Shown: piece by piece, positions 51,401 to 62,788 of the stretch
Layout of the letters: each line of letters starts with the position of its first letter
Position numbering within the stretch: position 1 is the stretch's first letter
DNA from: Squalus acanthias
Lineage: Eukaryota
Direction of reading: 5' to 3'
Assembly (NCBI GenBank): GCA_030390025.1
Contig: JASTWF010000070.1
Coordinates: 1,364,001 to 1,428,000 of the forward strand
DNA length: 64,000 nt
Position numbers and translations under genes: made by a program
Notes under the pieces: generated by a model
Database searches by the model: none
Seen by the model: only the letters and a program-made list of their open reading frames with translations
Told to the model about the DNA's origin: nothing

Positions 51401-52132
51401 TTCATTGTGTATTCCCTTGCCTTGTTAGTCCTCCCAAAATGCATCACCTCACACTTTTTAGGGTTAAATTCCATTTGCCACTGTTCTGCCCATCTAAGCA
51501 ACCCGTCTATATCGTCCTGTAGCCTAAGGCTTCCCTCCTCGTTATTTACCACTCCACCAATTTTCGTGTCATCTGCGAACTTACTGATCATACCTCCTAC
51601 ATTCATATTTAAATCATCAATGTACACTACAAACAGCAAAGGACCCAGCACCGATCCCTGTGGTACAACACTAGACACAGTCTTCCAGTCACAAAAACAA
51701 CTTTCGACCATCACCCTCTGCCTCCTGCCACTAAGCCAATTTTGGATCCAATGTGCCAAATTGCCCTGGATCCCATGGGCTCTTACCCTCTTGACCAGTC
51801 TCCCCTGCGGGACTTTGTCAAAAGCCTTACTGAAGTCCATGTAGACTACATCAACTGCACTACCCTCATCCACATACCTAGTCACCCCCTCGAAAAATTC
51901 AATCAAATTGGTTAGACATGATCTCCCCCTGACAAAGCCATGCTGACTATCCTTGATTAATCCTTGCCTCTCCAAGTGGAGACTAATTCTGTCCCTCAGA
52001 ATTTTTTCCAATAATTTCCCTACCACTGATGTTAGGCTCACTGGTCTGTAATTCCCTGGTTTATCCCTACTACCCTTCTTGAATAATGGTACTACGTTAG
52101 CTGTTCACCAGTCCTCTGGCACCTCCCCTTTG

Positions 52133-52242
52133 TATCTAATTATCTTCACCTGAGGAAGGAGCAAATCGATAGCTCCGAAAGCTTGTGATTTCAAATAAAA
52201 CTGTTGGACTATAACCTGGTGTTGTGCGACCTCTCAATTTTG
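52133..52242 (+). mobile_element. 110-bp Penelope-type terminal-repeat fragment with 12-bp TSD
   Basis: ACCTCCCCTTTG at 52121-52132 and 52243-52254; empty site seen in the sister CR1 near 40650. Confidence 0.75.
52146..52188 (+). ncRNA. Minimal type I hammerhead ribozyme motif
   Basis: TCAC-CTGAGGA-A-GGAGC(loop)GCTCC-GAAA-GCTT-GTGA: CUGANGA/GAAA core, stems I and II, palindromic minimal stem III. Confidence 0.7.
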
Positions 52243-52954
52243 ACCTCCCCTTTGGCCAGAGAGGTTCTGAAAATTTGTGTCAGAGCCCCTGCAATCTCCT
52301 CCCTTGCCTCACACAGCAGCCTGGGATACATCTCGTCTGGGCCTGGGGATTTATCCACTTTTAAGCCCGCTAAAACCGCTTGTACCTCCTCCCTCTCAAT
52401 ACTAATTTGTTCAAGTATATCACAATCCCCCTGCCTGATTTCTATGCCTACATCGTCCTTCTCCATAGTGAACACAGATGCAAAATATTCATTTAAAACC
52501 TCACCTACATCTTCCGGCTCTACACACAGATTGCCACTTTGGTCCCTAATGGGCCCTACTCTTTCCCTGGTTATCCTCTTGCCCTTAATATACTTATAAA
52601 ACACCTTGGGATTTTCCTTTATTTTGCCCGCCAGTGTTTTTTCATGCCCCTCTTCGCTCTCCTAATTTATTTTTTAAGTATCCCTCTGCACTTTCTATAC
52701 TCCTCCACGGCTTCCATAGTTTTTAGTCCTTTGTATCTGCCAAAAGCCTCCCTTTTTTTCCTAATCCATTCTTGTATATCCCTTGACATCCAGGGTTCCC
52801 TGGGCTTGTTGGTCCCACCCTTGACCTTTATGGGAACATGTTGGTGTTGTACTCTCTCTATTTCCTTTCTGAAAGACTCCCACTGCTCTGATCTGGATTT
52901 TCCTACAAGTAGCTGATCCCAGTTCACTTTGGCCAGATCCTGCCTTATCATATT

Positions 52955-53698
52955 GGGCCAAAAATTCATCCCGCGACGCGAGAGTACGCACTGCGTACTC
53001 TCGCGTATTCTCTCTCCAATTGCCGGTTTTCTGCATGCCCTGCACATGCGCTGAAAACCGGCACTTGGTCTTTTGAAAAGGGGGCGGTTCCTCGGTGCAT
53101 CGCATGCGCGCTACAGGCTGCGCGCACGCTGTGCACTTCATGCTTTGGATGCGCAGGTAAGTACGGAAGATTTTAGAAATGGAAAAAGGAGGAGTAAGAC
53201 CCACTTTTAACAAGGTAAGTAGTGAATTAAGTATTTTTTTGATTTTTTTTTAACAGGTATATCTTTTTTAGAGACTTTAAAGACAGGTAAGTTTATTTTT
53301 ATAACTTTTTAAAAGATTTTAAATTTTTTCAAAAATTTAATTTTTTATTTAAAATGGTTAATTTATTTAACTATACTTATTTTATTAATGTGATGGGTTT
53401 TTTTTTAAATTTAATTGAGGTTTAGCTGTTATTTTGGGGGGGTGTAAGATTCATAGATTTCACAGCACGGACATGAAACTTATGAATGGAAGATGGTGTG
53501 CTGCCATTGGCTCTAACTGAGTCACGTGATCCCACAGCTCGCACGAATTCACTACGCCGGTGGGATACGCAAGCACTGCCCAGCTGATGTCTGGAACATC
53601 AAGTTCGTGCGAGCTGGATCTGAAAAAGCACAAGCGGAGTGAGAGATCGCGGGGATGCCTTACCCCCGCGGGAACAGAGCGAGATCAATTTCTGGGCC
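52955..53698. mobile_element. MITE, second copy of the 9737-10478 family, ATT TSD
   Basis: TIR 16/20 match; ATT at 52952-52954 and 53699-53701; empty site TTATCAT-ATT-AAAATCGGC at about 41352-41370. Confidence 0.92.
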
Positions 53699-56391
53699 AT
53701 TATAATCGGCCTTCCCCCAATTTAGAACCTTTATTTCTGGTCCATCTTTATCCTTTTCCATGACTACCTTAAATCTCACCGAATTGTGGTCACGGTCACC
53801 AAAATGTTCTCCTACTGACACTTCTATCACTTGCCCGGCTACATTCCCTAGAATTAGGTCCAGTACCGCCCCCTCTCTTGTAGGACTTTCTACATGCTGG
53901 CTCAAAAAGCTCTCCTGGATGCACTTTAAGAATTCCGCACCCTCTAAGCCTTTCACACTCTGACTATCCCAGTTAATATTGGGGAAGTTGAAATCCCCTA
54001 CTATTATTACCCTATTATTTCTACACTTCTCTGAGATTTGCCTACATATCTATTCCTCTATCTCCCCCTGACTGTTTCGGGGCCTATAGTACACTCCCAG
54101 CAAAGTGCTTGCCCCCTTTTTGTTTTTAAGTTCTACCCATATGCCCTCATTAGAGGAACCTGCTAAGATATCATCCCTCCTTACAGCAGTAATTGACTCC
54201 TTGATTAATATTGCGACACCCCCTCCTCTTTTACTCCCCCCTCTGTCTCGCCTGAAGATTCTATACCTAGCTGCCAGTCCTGCCCCTCCCTCAACCATGT
54301 CTCTGTGATAGCAACAATATCATACTCCCATGTGTTCATCAACACCTTCAATTCATCTGCCTTACTCGCAAGACTCCTTGCATTAAAATAAATGCCATCC
54401 AGCCTTGCCATACTCCCTTGTGCCATTACATATTAGCTCTGCCTTCCAGGCTGACTTGTTTTTTCCTCTATATTTGGCTGTGCATCACCCCCTACTATAG
54501 CTCTACTCCGTATCCCATCCCCCTGCCAAGTTAGTTTAACACCCCCACCCCCTACAGTACTAGCAAGTGGATGCTCAGATCGAGTTTTGCCAGGATTACT
54601 CGGTTCCAGACCTCATTACAGCCTTGGTCCAAACATCGACAAAAGAACTGAATTCCAGAGGGGTTCAAAATCATGAGGGGTCTAGAGAAGTAGATAGAGA
54701 GAAACTGTTCCCATTGGCGGAAGGGTCGAAAACCAGAGGACACAGATTTAAGGTGATTGGCAGCAATTCCAAAGGCGACATGAGGGACAACTTTTTACGC
54801 AGCGATTGCTTAGAATCTGGAATGCACTGCCTGAAAGGGTGGTGGAGGCAGATACAATCACGGCTTTCAAAAGGGAATTGGATAGGTACCAGAAGGAAAA
54901 AAAATTGAATGGCTACAGGGAAAGAGCGGGGGAGTGGGACTAGCTGAAGTGCTTTTGCAGAGAGTCAGCTTGGGCTCGACGGGCCGAATGGGCTCCTTCT
55001 GTGCTGTAACCATTCTATGATTCCATTCTATAACACACTGAGAGGAGTCCCTCAGGAATCCTGCTGGAGAGGGAGCGGATGTTAGAGCGCCACCTGCTGG
55101 AGAGGGAGAGAATGTTACAGCGCCACCTGCTGGAGAGGTAGCAGATGCTCAGTTCAGGTTCCGCCAAGACCACTCGGCTCCAGACCTCATTACAGCCTTG
55201 TTCCAAACATGGACAAAAGAACTGAATTCCAGAGGTGAGGTGAGAGTGGCTGCCCTTGACATCAAGGCAGCATTTGACCGAGTGTGGCATCAAGGAGCCC
55301 TAGTAAAACTGAAGTCAATGGGAATCAGGGGGAAAACTCTCCACTGGCTGGAGTCATACCTAGCACAAAGGAAGAAAGTTGTGGTGGTTGGAGGTCAATC
55401 ATCTCAGCCCAGGACATCGCTGCAGCTGTTTCTCAGGGCAGTGTCCTAGGCCCAAACATCTTCAGCTGATTCATTAATGAACTCCCCTCCATCATATGCT
55501 CAGAAGTGGGGATGTTTGCTGATGATTGCACAGTGTTCAGCGCCATTCACAACTCCTCAGAGAATGAAGCAGTCCATGCTCGCATGCAGCAAGACCTGGA
55601 CGACATTCAGGCTTGGGCTGAAAAGTGGCAGGTAGCATTAGCGCCACACAAGTGGCAGGTAATGACAATCTCCAACAAGCGAGTGTCAAACCACCGCTCC
55701 TTGACATTCAGTGGCATTACCATCACCGAATCCCCCCACCATCAACATCCTGGGGGTCACCATAGACCAGAGACTGGACCAGCCACATAAATACTGTGGC
55801 TACAAGAGCAGGTCAGAGGCTGGGTATTCTGCGCTGAGTGTCTCACCTCCTGACTCCCCAAAGCCTCTCCACCATCTACAAGGCACAAGTCAGGAGTGTG
55901 ATGGAATACTCCCCACTTGCCTGGATGAGTGCAGCTCCAACAATACTCAACAAGCTCAAGGAAAAACTTTATTATGCAGTGAGTGGTGAGGACCTGGAAC
56001 TCGCAGCCGACGGAAGTGGTGGAAGCGGAGACACTCAATGTTTTCAAGGGGAGACTGGATAGGCACTTGAGGGAAATAAACTTGCAGGGCTACGGGGATA
56101 GAGTGGGGGAATGGGACTGACCGGATTGCTCTACAGAGAGCCGGCACGGACCCGATGGGCCGAATGGCCTCCTTCTGTGCCGTTATGACTCTATGACTCT
56201 ATGACCAGCAAGTACAAAGCAGCCCGTTTGATTGGCACCCCATCTACCACCTTAAACTCTCTCCCTAACAGCACTATGGGAGTAACTTCAGCTCATGGAC
56301 TGCAGCGGTTCAAGACGATGGCTCTCTACCACCTTCTCAAGGGCAATTAGGGATGGGCAATAAATGTTGGCCTTGCCAGCGATGCCCAGGA

Positions 56392-57250
56392 ACATAGAAA
56401 CATAGAAAAATAGGAGCAGGAGTGGGTCATTCGGCCCTTCGAGCCTGCTCCACCATTCAATATGATCATGGTTGATCCTCTATCTCAATACCATATTCCC
56501 GCTCTCTCCCCATACCCCTTGATGCCTTTTGTGTCTAGAAATCTATCTCCTTCTTAAATATATTCAGTGACTTGGCCTCCACAGCCTTCTGTGGTAGAGA
56601 ATTCCACAGGTTCACCACCCTCTGAGTGAAGAAATTTCTCCTCATCTCAGTCCTAAATGTCCTGCCCCGTATCCTGAGACTGTGACCCCTCGTTCTAGAC
56701 CCCCGGCCCCCCCCAGCCAGGGAAGCATCCTCCCTGCATCCAGTCTGTCTAGCCCTGTCAGAATTTTATACGTTTCAATGAGATTCTCTCTCATTCTTCT
56801 AAACTCTAGTGAATACAGGCCTAGTCGACCCAATCTCTCCTCATATGACAGTCCTGCCATCCCAGGAATCAGTCTGGTGAACCTTCGCTGCACTCCCTCT
56901 ATGGCAAGTATATCCTTTCTTAAGTAAGGAGACCAAAACTGCACACAGTACTCCAGGTGTGGTCTCACCAAGGCCTTGTACAACTGTAGTAAGACATCCT
57001 TGCTCCTGTACTCAAATCCCCTTGCAATGAAGGCCAACACACCATTTTCCTTCCTAACTGCTTGCTGCACCTGCATGTTTGCTTTCAGTGACTGGTGTAC
57101 AAGGACACCCAGGTCCCTTTGTACATCAACATTTCCCAATCTATCACCATTTAAGTAATACTCTGCCTTTCTGTTTTTCCTACCGAAGTGGATAACTTCA
57201 CATTTACCCACGTTATACTGCATCTGCCATGTATTTGCCCACTTGCTCGA
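56392..57250 (-). mobile_element. CR1 3' fragment inserted in the LINE-B tail of macro-unit 6
   Basis: ORF 56642..57349 (WANTWQMQYNV...). Confidence 0.9.
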
Positions 57251-57464
57251 CAATGAAAGAAATTTTACAGCGCCACCTGCTGGAGAGGGAGCGGGTGTTA
57301 CAGCGCCACCTGCTGGAGAGGGGGCGGCTGTGCAGTTGCTTCGCTCCAAAGGGTGTCACCAGAGAACAGATTCCAGGAGGAGCCCCGATCACACGCCTTA
57401 AAGGGGCCGTTTCCTTAACACGGTATTAATTGGGATCTTCACCCTCCTGTGGATGCCCAGCCCC

Positions 57465-58030
57465 TTACACTTCTATTCTGACGCTCTCCTGGCCGGCTTC
57501 CCACGTTCCGCCCTCCGTAAACTTGAGCTCCTCCGAAGCTCTTCTGCCCCCGTGTCCTAACTCGCACCGAGTCCCGTTCACCCATCACCCCCTGTTGCTC
57601 GCTGACCTACATTGACTCCCGGTCCGGCAATGCCTCGATTTCAATATTCCCATCTTCCTGTTCAAATACCTCCGTGGCCTCCTCGCCCCCTCTCCCTATC
57701 TCTGTAAACTCCGCCAGCCCCACAACCCTCCCAGATCTCGGCGCTCCTCCAATTCTGGCCTCTTGCGCATCCCCCGATTTCCATCGCTCCACCATTGGTG
57801 GCCGTGCCTTCAGCTGCCTGGGCCCTGAGCTCTGGGATTCCCTCCCTAAACCTCTCTGCCTCTCTCTCCTCCTTTAAGACGCTCCTTAAAACCGACCTCT
57901 TTGACCAAGCTTTTGGTCGCCTGTCCCAATATCTCCTGATGTGGCTCGGTGTTGAATTTTCTCTGACAATCGCTCCTGTGAAGCACCTTGGGACATTAAA
58001 GGCGCTATATCAATGCAAGTTGTTGTTGTT
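57465..58030 (+). mobile_element. L2-type LINE 3' fragment
   Basis: Homologous to 11270-11780; (GTT)n tail. Confidence 0.8.
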
Positions 58031-58709
58031 AGAGGGGTTGGAAAATCTGTGGTGGGGAGGGGAAGGCGAGGCCTTGCCTTCGGCACAGGCTGGGATCGCA
58101 CTGCTCATTTTATTTTTATGGCTGAGCTGTGCTGCGTTCACAGGAGGCTGTTCGACCAGGGTGTGCAGCATGATTTCAGCGTTATGTCAATTAGGGCACT
58201 GACTCCCCACCCTTGCATCTCGCACCCTCTGCCCCAGGAATCCAACATCACCACTGATAGGCCCACTCAAAGCCAGGCAACATATCCACCCTCACTTCCT
58301 GGCCTTTGACAGGATTATCTGAGGTGTGGTTGGTTGGTATGAATGCGAGCAGATGCTGTGTGGCGCCATAACTGGAGCCGAGGGCAGCCTTGAGCCATTC
58401 AGCCCATCGCCCCGTGCTCTCTCTCTGAAAGTCCTCTCCCCTTAGTCCCGTTCCCCTGCCCTTTTAAACTTTAATTTCCCAAATATTTACCCATTTCCCT
58501 TTTAAAAGCTACTCTGGACTCTGCTACCACCGCTGTTTCTGGCCGGATAGTCCCTGTCCAACAGGCCTCTGTGTAAAAGATATTCTCCCGGCCTCGCGCA
58601 CGCTTCCTCTGACGATGATCTGAAATTGAAGCCTTCTGGATACTGACTCACCGACCGGTGCTAACGGTCGATGTGTCCGTGACGAGAGCGCGGGCGGAAG
58701 GAGGCGGTG

Positions 58710-59630
58710 ACGATACAAAGCTAGGTGGGACAGTAAGCTGTGAGGAGCACACATAGAGTCTGCAAAGAGATATAGACAGGTTCAGTGAGTGGGCAGTAAG
58801 GTGGCAGATGGAGTATAATGTGGGGAAATGTGAAATTATCCACTTTGGTCGGAAGAATAAAAAAAGCCGAATATTTTTTATAAGTTGAGAGATTAGTAAA
58901 TGTTAGTGTTCAGAGGGATTGGGGTGTCCTTGTACACGAATCACAGAAAGTTAACATGCAGGTACAGCAAGCAATTAGGAAGGCAAATGGCATGTTGGCC
59001 TTTATTGCAAGGGGGTTGGAGTATAAGAGTAAGGAAGTCTTGCTACAATTGTACAGGGCCTTGGTGAGACCACACCTGGAGTACTGCGCACAGTTTTGGA
59101 CTCCTTATCTAAGGAAGGATATACTTGCCTTGGAGGCGGTGCAACGAAGGTTCACTAGATTGATTCCTGGGATGAGAGGGCTGTCCTATGAGGAGAGATT
59201 GAGTAGATTGGGCCTATACTCTCTGGCGTTTAGAAGAATGAGAGGCGATCTCATTGAAATGTATAAGATTCTGAGGGGGATTGACAGGGTAGATGCTGAG
59301 AGGCTGTTTCCCCCTGGCTGGAGAGTCTAGAACCAGGGGTCACAGTCTCAGGATAAGGGGTCGGCCATTTAGGACTGAGATGAGGAGGAATTTCTTCACT
59401 CAGAGGGTGGTGAATCTTTGGAATTCTCTGCCCCAGAGGGCTGTGGAGGCTCAGTCGTTGAGTATATTCGAGGCTTAAATCGATAGATTTTTGGATATTA
59501 AGGGAATCAAGGGATATGGGGATCGGGCGGGGAAGGCGGAGTTCAGGTCGATGATCAGCCATGATATTGAATGGAGGAGCAGGCTCGAGGGGCCGAATGG
59601 CCGACTCCTGCTCCTAATTCTTAAGTTCTT
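58710..59630 (+). mobile_element. CR1 3' fragment
   Basis: ORFs 58956..59330 and 59293..59478. Confidence 0.9.
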
Positions 59631-59839
59631 GTGTGAGACGGTCGGGAGGCGGGGGGTGAGTTCTGTAAACAGGGGAATGGGTTTGCGGATTTAATGGGGT
59701 ATTTTCTCTGTTCCCTCAAAGCTCTTGTCGGCCATCAGAAGCAGTCAGTCCTGTTAAATCCACGACGGTGATGATTCACATGGCCGAACAGCCGGATCCC
59801 AGCCTGTGTCTGAGAGCGGCACTGAATGCAGCTTGGCAG

Positions 59840-60110
59840 CTCGCCATCTCCCCACGGGGGACTTGGGCGGTGTTTCGAAAGCCTTTATTTAGCCGCCGAT
59901 ACCCAAATCGCTGCCGTTTTTGTCTTGTTTGTGAAGCTCTGCAGGTGGTGCGGTCGCTCGCCCCGGGGGGGGAGAGCAGGGCTGGGGAGGAACTGAAAGC
60001 TGCCTGCTCACTGGGCGATAAGCGATGGCGCGTGGCACCAGCTGCCCTGCACTGAATCAGCACAGACCAAGACTGCGGTTTCACACACGAGCAGGACAGG
60101 AAGCTGAGAA
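59840..60110. promoter_or_regulatory. Candidate B-cell enhancer (EICE, E-boxes, RUNX, EBF-like, ETS, MEF2-like)
   Basis: GAGGAACTGAAAGC 59987-60000; CAGGTG 59942; CAGCTG 60039; TGCGGT 59949; TGCGGTTT 60074; CCCNNGGG near 59851 and 59961; CAGGAAG 60097. Confidence 0.5.
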
Positions 60111-60279
60111 GCAACGTTAACCGTTCACATTCTGGGACACGACACACAGCAACAGAAAAACATCTCATTGTCTGGACTGGGACACTCAGCAAAACTGAAC
60201 TCCAGCTCTTCACCCCCTTGGCTGTTTCTCTGCCTTTTTATGCTTTCTATTAATTACATCTTCCCCGGTCCAGGTTTAT

Positions 60280-60843
60280 CTCCCTCTTCAGCCCACCTCC
60301 CATCGTCCGCCCTCCATAAACCTCAGTTCATCCAAGACTCCACTGCCCCCGTGTCCTAACTCGCGCCGAGTCCCGCTTACCCATCGTCCACTGTTGCTCG
60401 CTGACCTACATTGGCTCCCGGTCCGGCAACGCCTCGATTTTAAAATTCTCCATCCTTGTTTTCAAATCCCTCCGTGACCTCCTCGCCCCCCCCCCTCCCT
60501 ATCTCTGTAACCACCTCCAGCCCCCACAACCCTCCGAGATCTCTGTGCTCCTCCAATTCTGGCCTCTTGCTCATCCCCCGATTTCCATCGCTCCACCATT
60601 GGCGGCCGCGCCTTCAGCTGCCTGGGCCCCGAGCTCTGGAATTCCCTCCCTAAACCTCTCCGCCTCTCTCTCTCCTCCTTTAAGATGCTCCTTTAAACCT
60701 CTTTGAACAAGCTTTTGGTCACCTGTCCTAATATCTCCTTATGTGGCTCGGTGTCAAATTTTGTCTGATAATCGCTCCTGTGAAGCGCCCTGGGACGTTT
60801 TACTACATTAAAGGCGCTGGATAAATACAAGTTGTTGTTGTTG
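60280..60843 (+). mobile_element. L2-type LINE 3' fragment
   Basis: LHWLPVRQRLDFKILHP motif; (GTT)n tail. Confidence 0.82.
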
Positions 60844-61049
60844 AACTTATTCCTTTTATTCCGATCATTCCGTCCCCTCCAGGACATGTGCCTGGTTTGG
60901 TCCTGAGGCACATAGTTCAAAGAAGGCCCAGGTTTCATCCCCCCGGTCTGTGCTCACCCATAAAGAACCCCCACTGGCTTGCCTGCACCCTAACTGAGGG
61001 GGGGCTGAGATTAACTGTACCACCTGTCCTGCCGAGGTTAAGTATATAA

Positions 61050-61637
61050 GAATGTAACAACATTAGAAATAGGAGCAGGAGTCGGCCATTCGGCCCCTCG
61101 AGCCTGCTCCGCCATTCAATAAGATCATGGCTGATCTTCGACCTCAACCCCACCTTCCCGCACTATCCCCATATCTCTCGATTCCCTTAATATCCAAAAA
61201 TCGATCGATCTCAGCCTTGAATATACTCAACCACTGAGCCTCCACAGCCCTCTGGGGTAGAGAATTCCAAAGATTCTCCACCCTCTGAGTGAAGAAATTT
61301 CTCCTCATCTCAGTCCTAAATGGCCGACCCCTTATCCTGAGACTGTGACCCCTGGTTCTAGACTCTCCAGCCAGGGGAAAACATCCTCCCAGCATCTACT
61401 CCGTCAATCCCCCTCAGAATTTTAGACATTTCAATGAGATCACCTCTCATTCTTCCAGGGAATATAGGACTAATCTACTCAACCTCTCCTCATAGGGCAA
61501 TCCCCCCAATCCCAGGAACCAGTCTGGTGAACCTTTGTTGCACTCCCTCTGCGGCAAGTATATCCTTCCTCAGGTAAGGAGACCAAAACTGTACACAATA
61601 CTCCAGGTGTGGTCTCACCAGGGCCCTATATAATTGA
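61050..61637 (-). mobile_element. CR1 3' fragment
   Basis: ORF 61144..61395. Confidence 0.88.
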
Positions 61638-61919
61638 GGTCAACGAACTCATCCCAGACCAGAGATGGAATCTCCCATTTCACTTGGTGCCCAGTGATCG
61701 GGAGGTTATTTATTGAAGGAATCAAGGGTTTCAATGAATTCTCCGCAGCAGAATAAACAGGGGTCATTTCAACCTTCGGATATGCTGTAGAATGGGTGCT
61801 ATTGAATAACCCACCCATTGAAAAAGAAATTTGTGTGTGTTGCATAATGGGCGGCTATGTCAATATTGCCCATTTCACACTATCACCTGGACAGGGGTAT
61901 GGTCCCTGGGCTGTTCCTG

Positions 61920-62380
61920 AGCCAAGATAAAGCAGCCCGCTTGATCGGCACCCCATCCACCACCTAAAACACCCACACCCTCCACCGCCGGCGTACCGTG
62001 GCTGCAGTGTGTACCATCTACAGGATGCACTGCAGCAACTCGCCAAGGCTTCTTCGTCAGCACCTCCCAAACCCGCGACCTCTTCCACCTAGAAGGACAA
62101 GGGCAGCAGGCGCACGGGAACACCACCACCTCCAAGTTCCCCTCCGAGTCACACACCATCCTGACTTGGAAATATATCGGGCCATTCCTTCATCGTCGCT
62201 GGGTCAAAATCCTGGAACTCCCTCCCTAACAGCACTGTAGGAGCACCTTCACCACACGGACTGCAGCGGTTCAAGAAGGCGGCTCACCACCACCTTCTCG
62301 AGGGGCGATTAGGGGATGGGCAATAAATGCTGGCCTTGCCAGGGACGCCCACATCCCGAGAATGAATATATTAAAAATGA
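61920..62380 (+). mobile_element. Free LINE-B 3' fragment (no adjacent 33-bp repeat)
   Basis: AAVCTIYRMHCSNSPRLLRQHLPNPRP motif and the shared tail. Confidence 0.85.
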
Positions 62381-62788
62381 TTTAAGATTAGCTTCCAGGT
62401 TTCCAGCGTCATTCCCTTCCCAGCCTTGCCCTGCCCCTATCCTGCATTCTGATTGGTTTTGGACTGGATAAATGTTAGGAGAGGGGAGGAAAATCAGTTG
62501 GAGATATCAGTGAAAGAAATGGGAGCAGGGGGAGTAATTTTAACTTTGGAGGAACGGTCTAAAACAGGCAATAAAGGGTCAGGCCGCTGTTATACATCTC
62601 TCCCTATTTTCAACATCTAACAGGCAGCTGATTTGACATTGCCCAGTTTATACTGTCACCCAAAGTCAACATTTACCCCAGGGAGTTGATTTTATAAGTA
62701 TCGATCATAAAGAACTGTCGCAGGTTTAAACTGACAGCCGCTCGCCCACAGAATTCGGACTAGTATTAATTTTTAAACTAGTTTCAAG

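Larger units (their letters stand above)
50658..54560 (-). mobile_element. Long CR1 LINE (same subfamily as 39256-42490) with nested MITE and Penelope-type insert
   Basis: ORFs 54205..54426 (YFNARS...AITETWL), 53660..53956, 52209..52604 and 51208..52041. Confidence 0.92.
34580..57316 (-). promoter_or_regulatory. About 27 co-oriented CTCF consensus motifs in 12 mini-arrays of a 33-bp unit
   Basis: Unit TGTTACAGCGCCACCTGCTG(G/T)AGAGGGAGCGGA; the reverse complement (C/A)CAGCAGGTGGCGCTG matches the CTCF core CCASYAGRKGGCRS. Confidence 0.75.
34110..57340 (+). repeat. Six-unit tandem macro-repeat (about 2 kb core): [33-bp array A] - [5'-truncated LINE-B] - [33-bp array B] - [LINE-B stub fused to a CR1 3' end], interrupted by later insertions
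   Basis: Same junctions recur. A arrays near 34580, 37444, 42579, 46008, 49292 and 55085; B arrays near 36799, 38537, 45333, 48647, 50635 and 57268. Confidence 0.9.

Noticed and set aside
59768-60213. Overlapping ORFs 59768..60055 (+) and 59776..60213 (-) as a host exon
   Set aside because: No recognisable domain or partner exons; open frames are expected in GC-rich sequence. A possible acceptor near 59720 is noted but unsupported.
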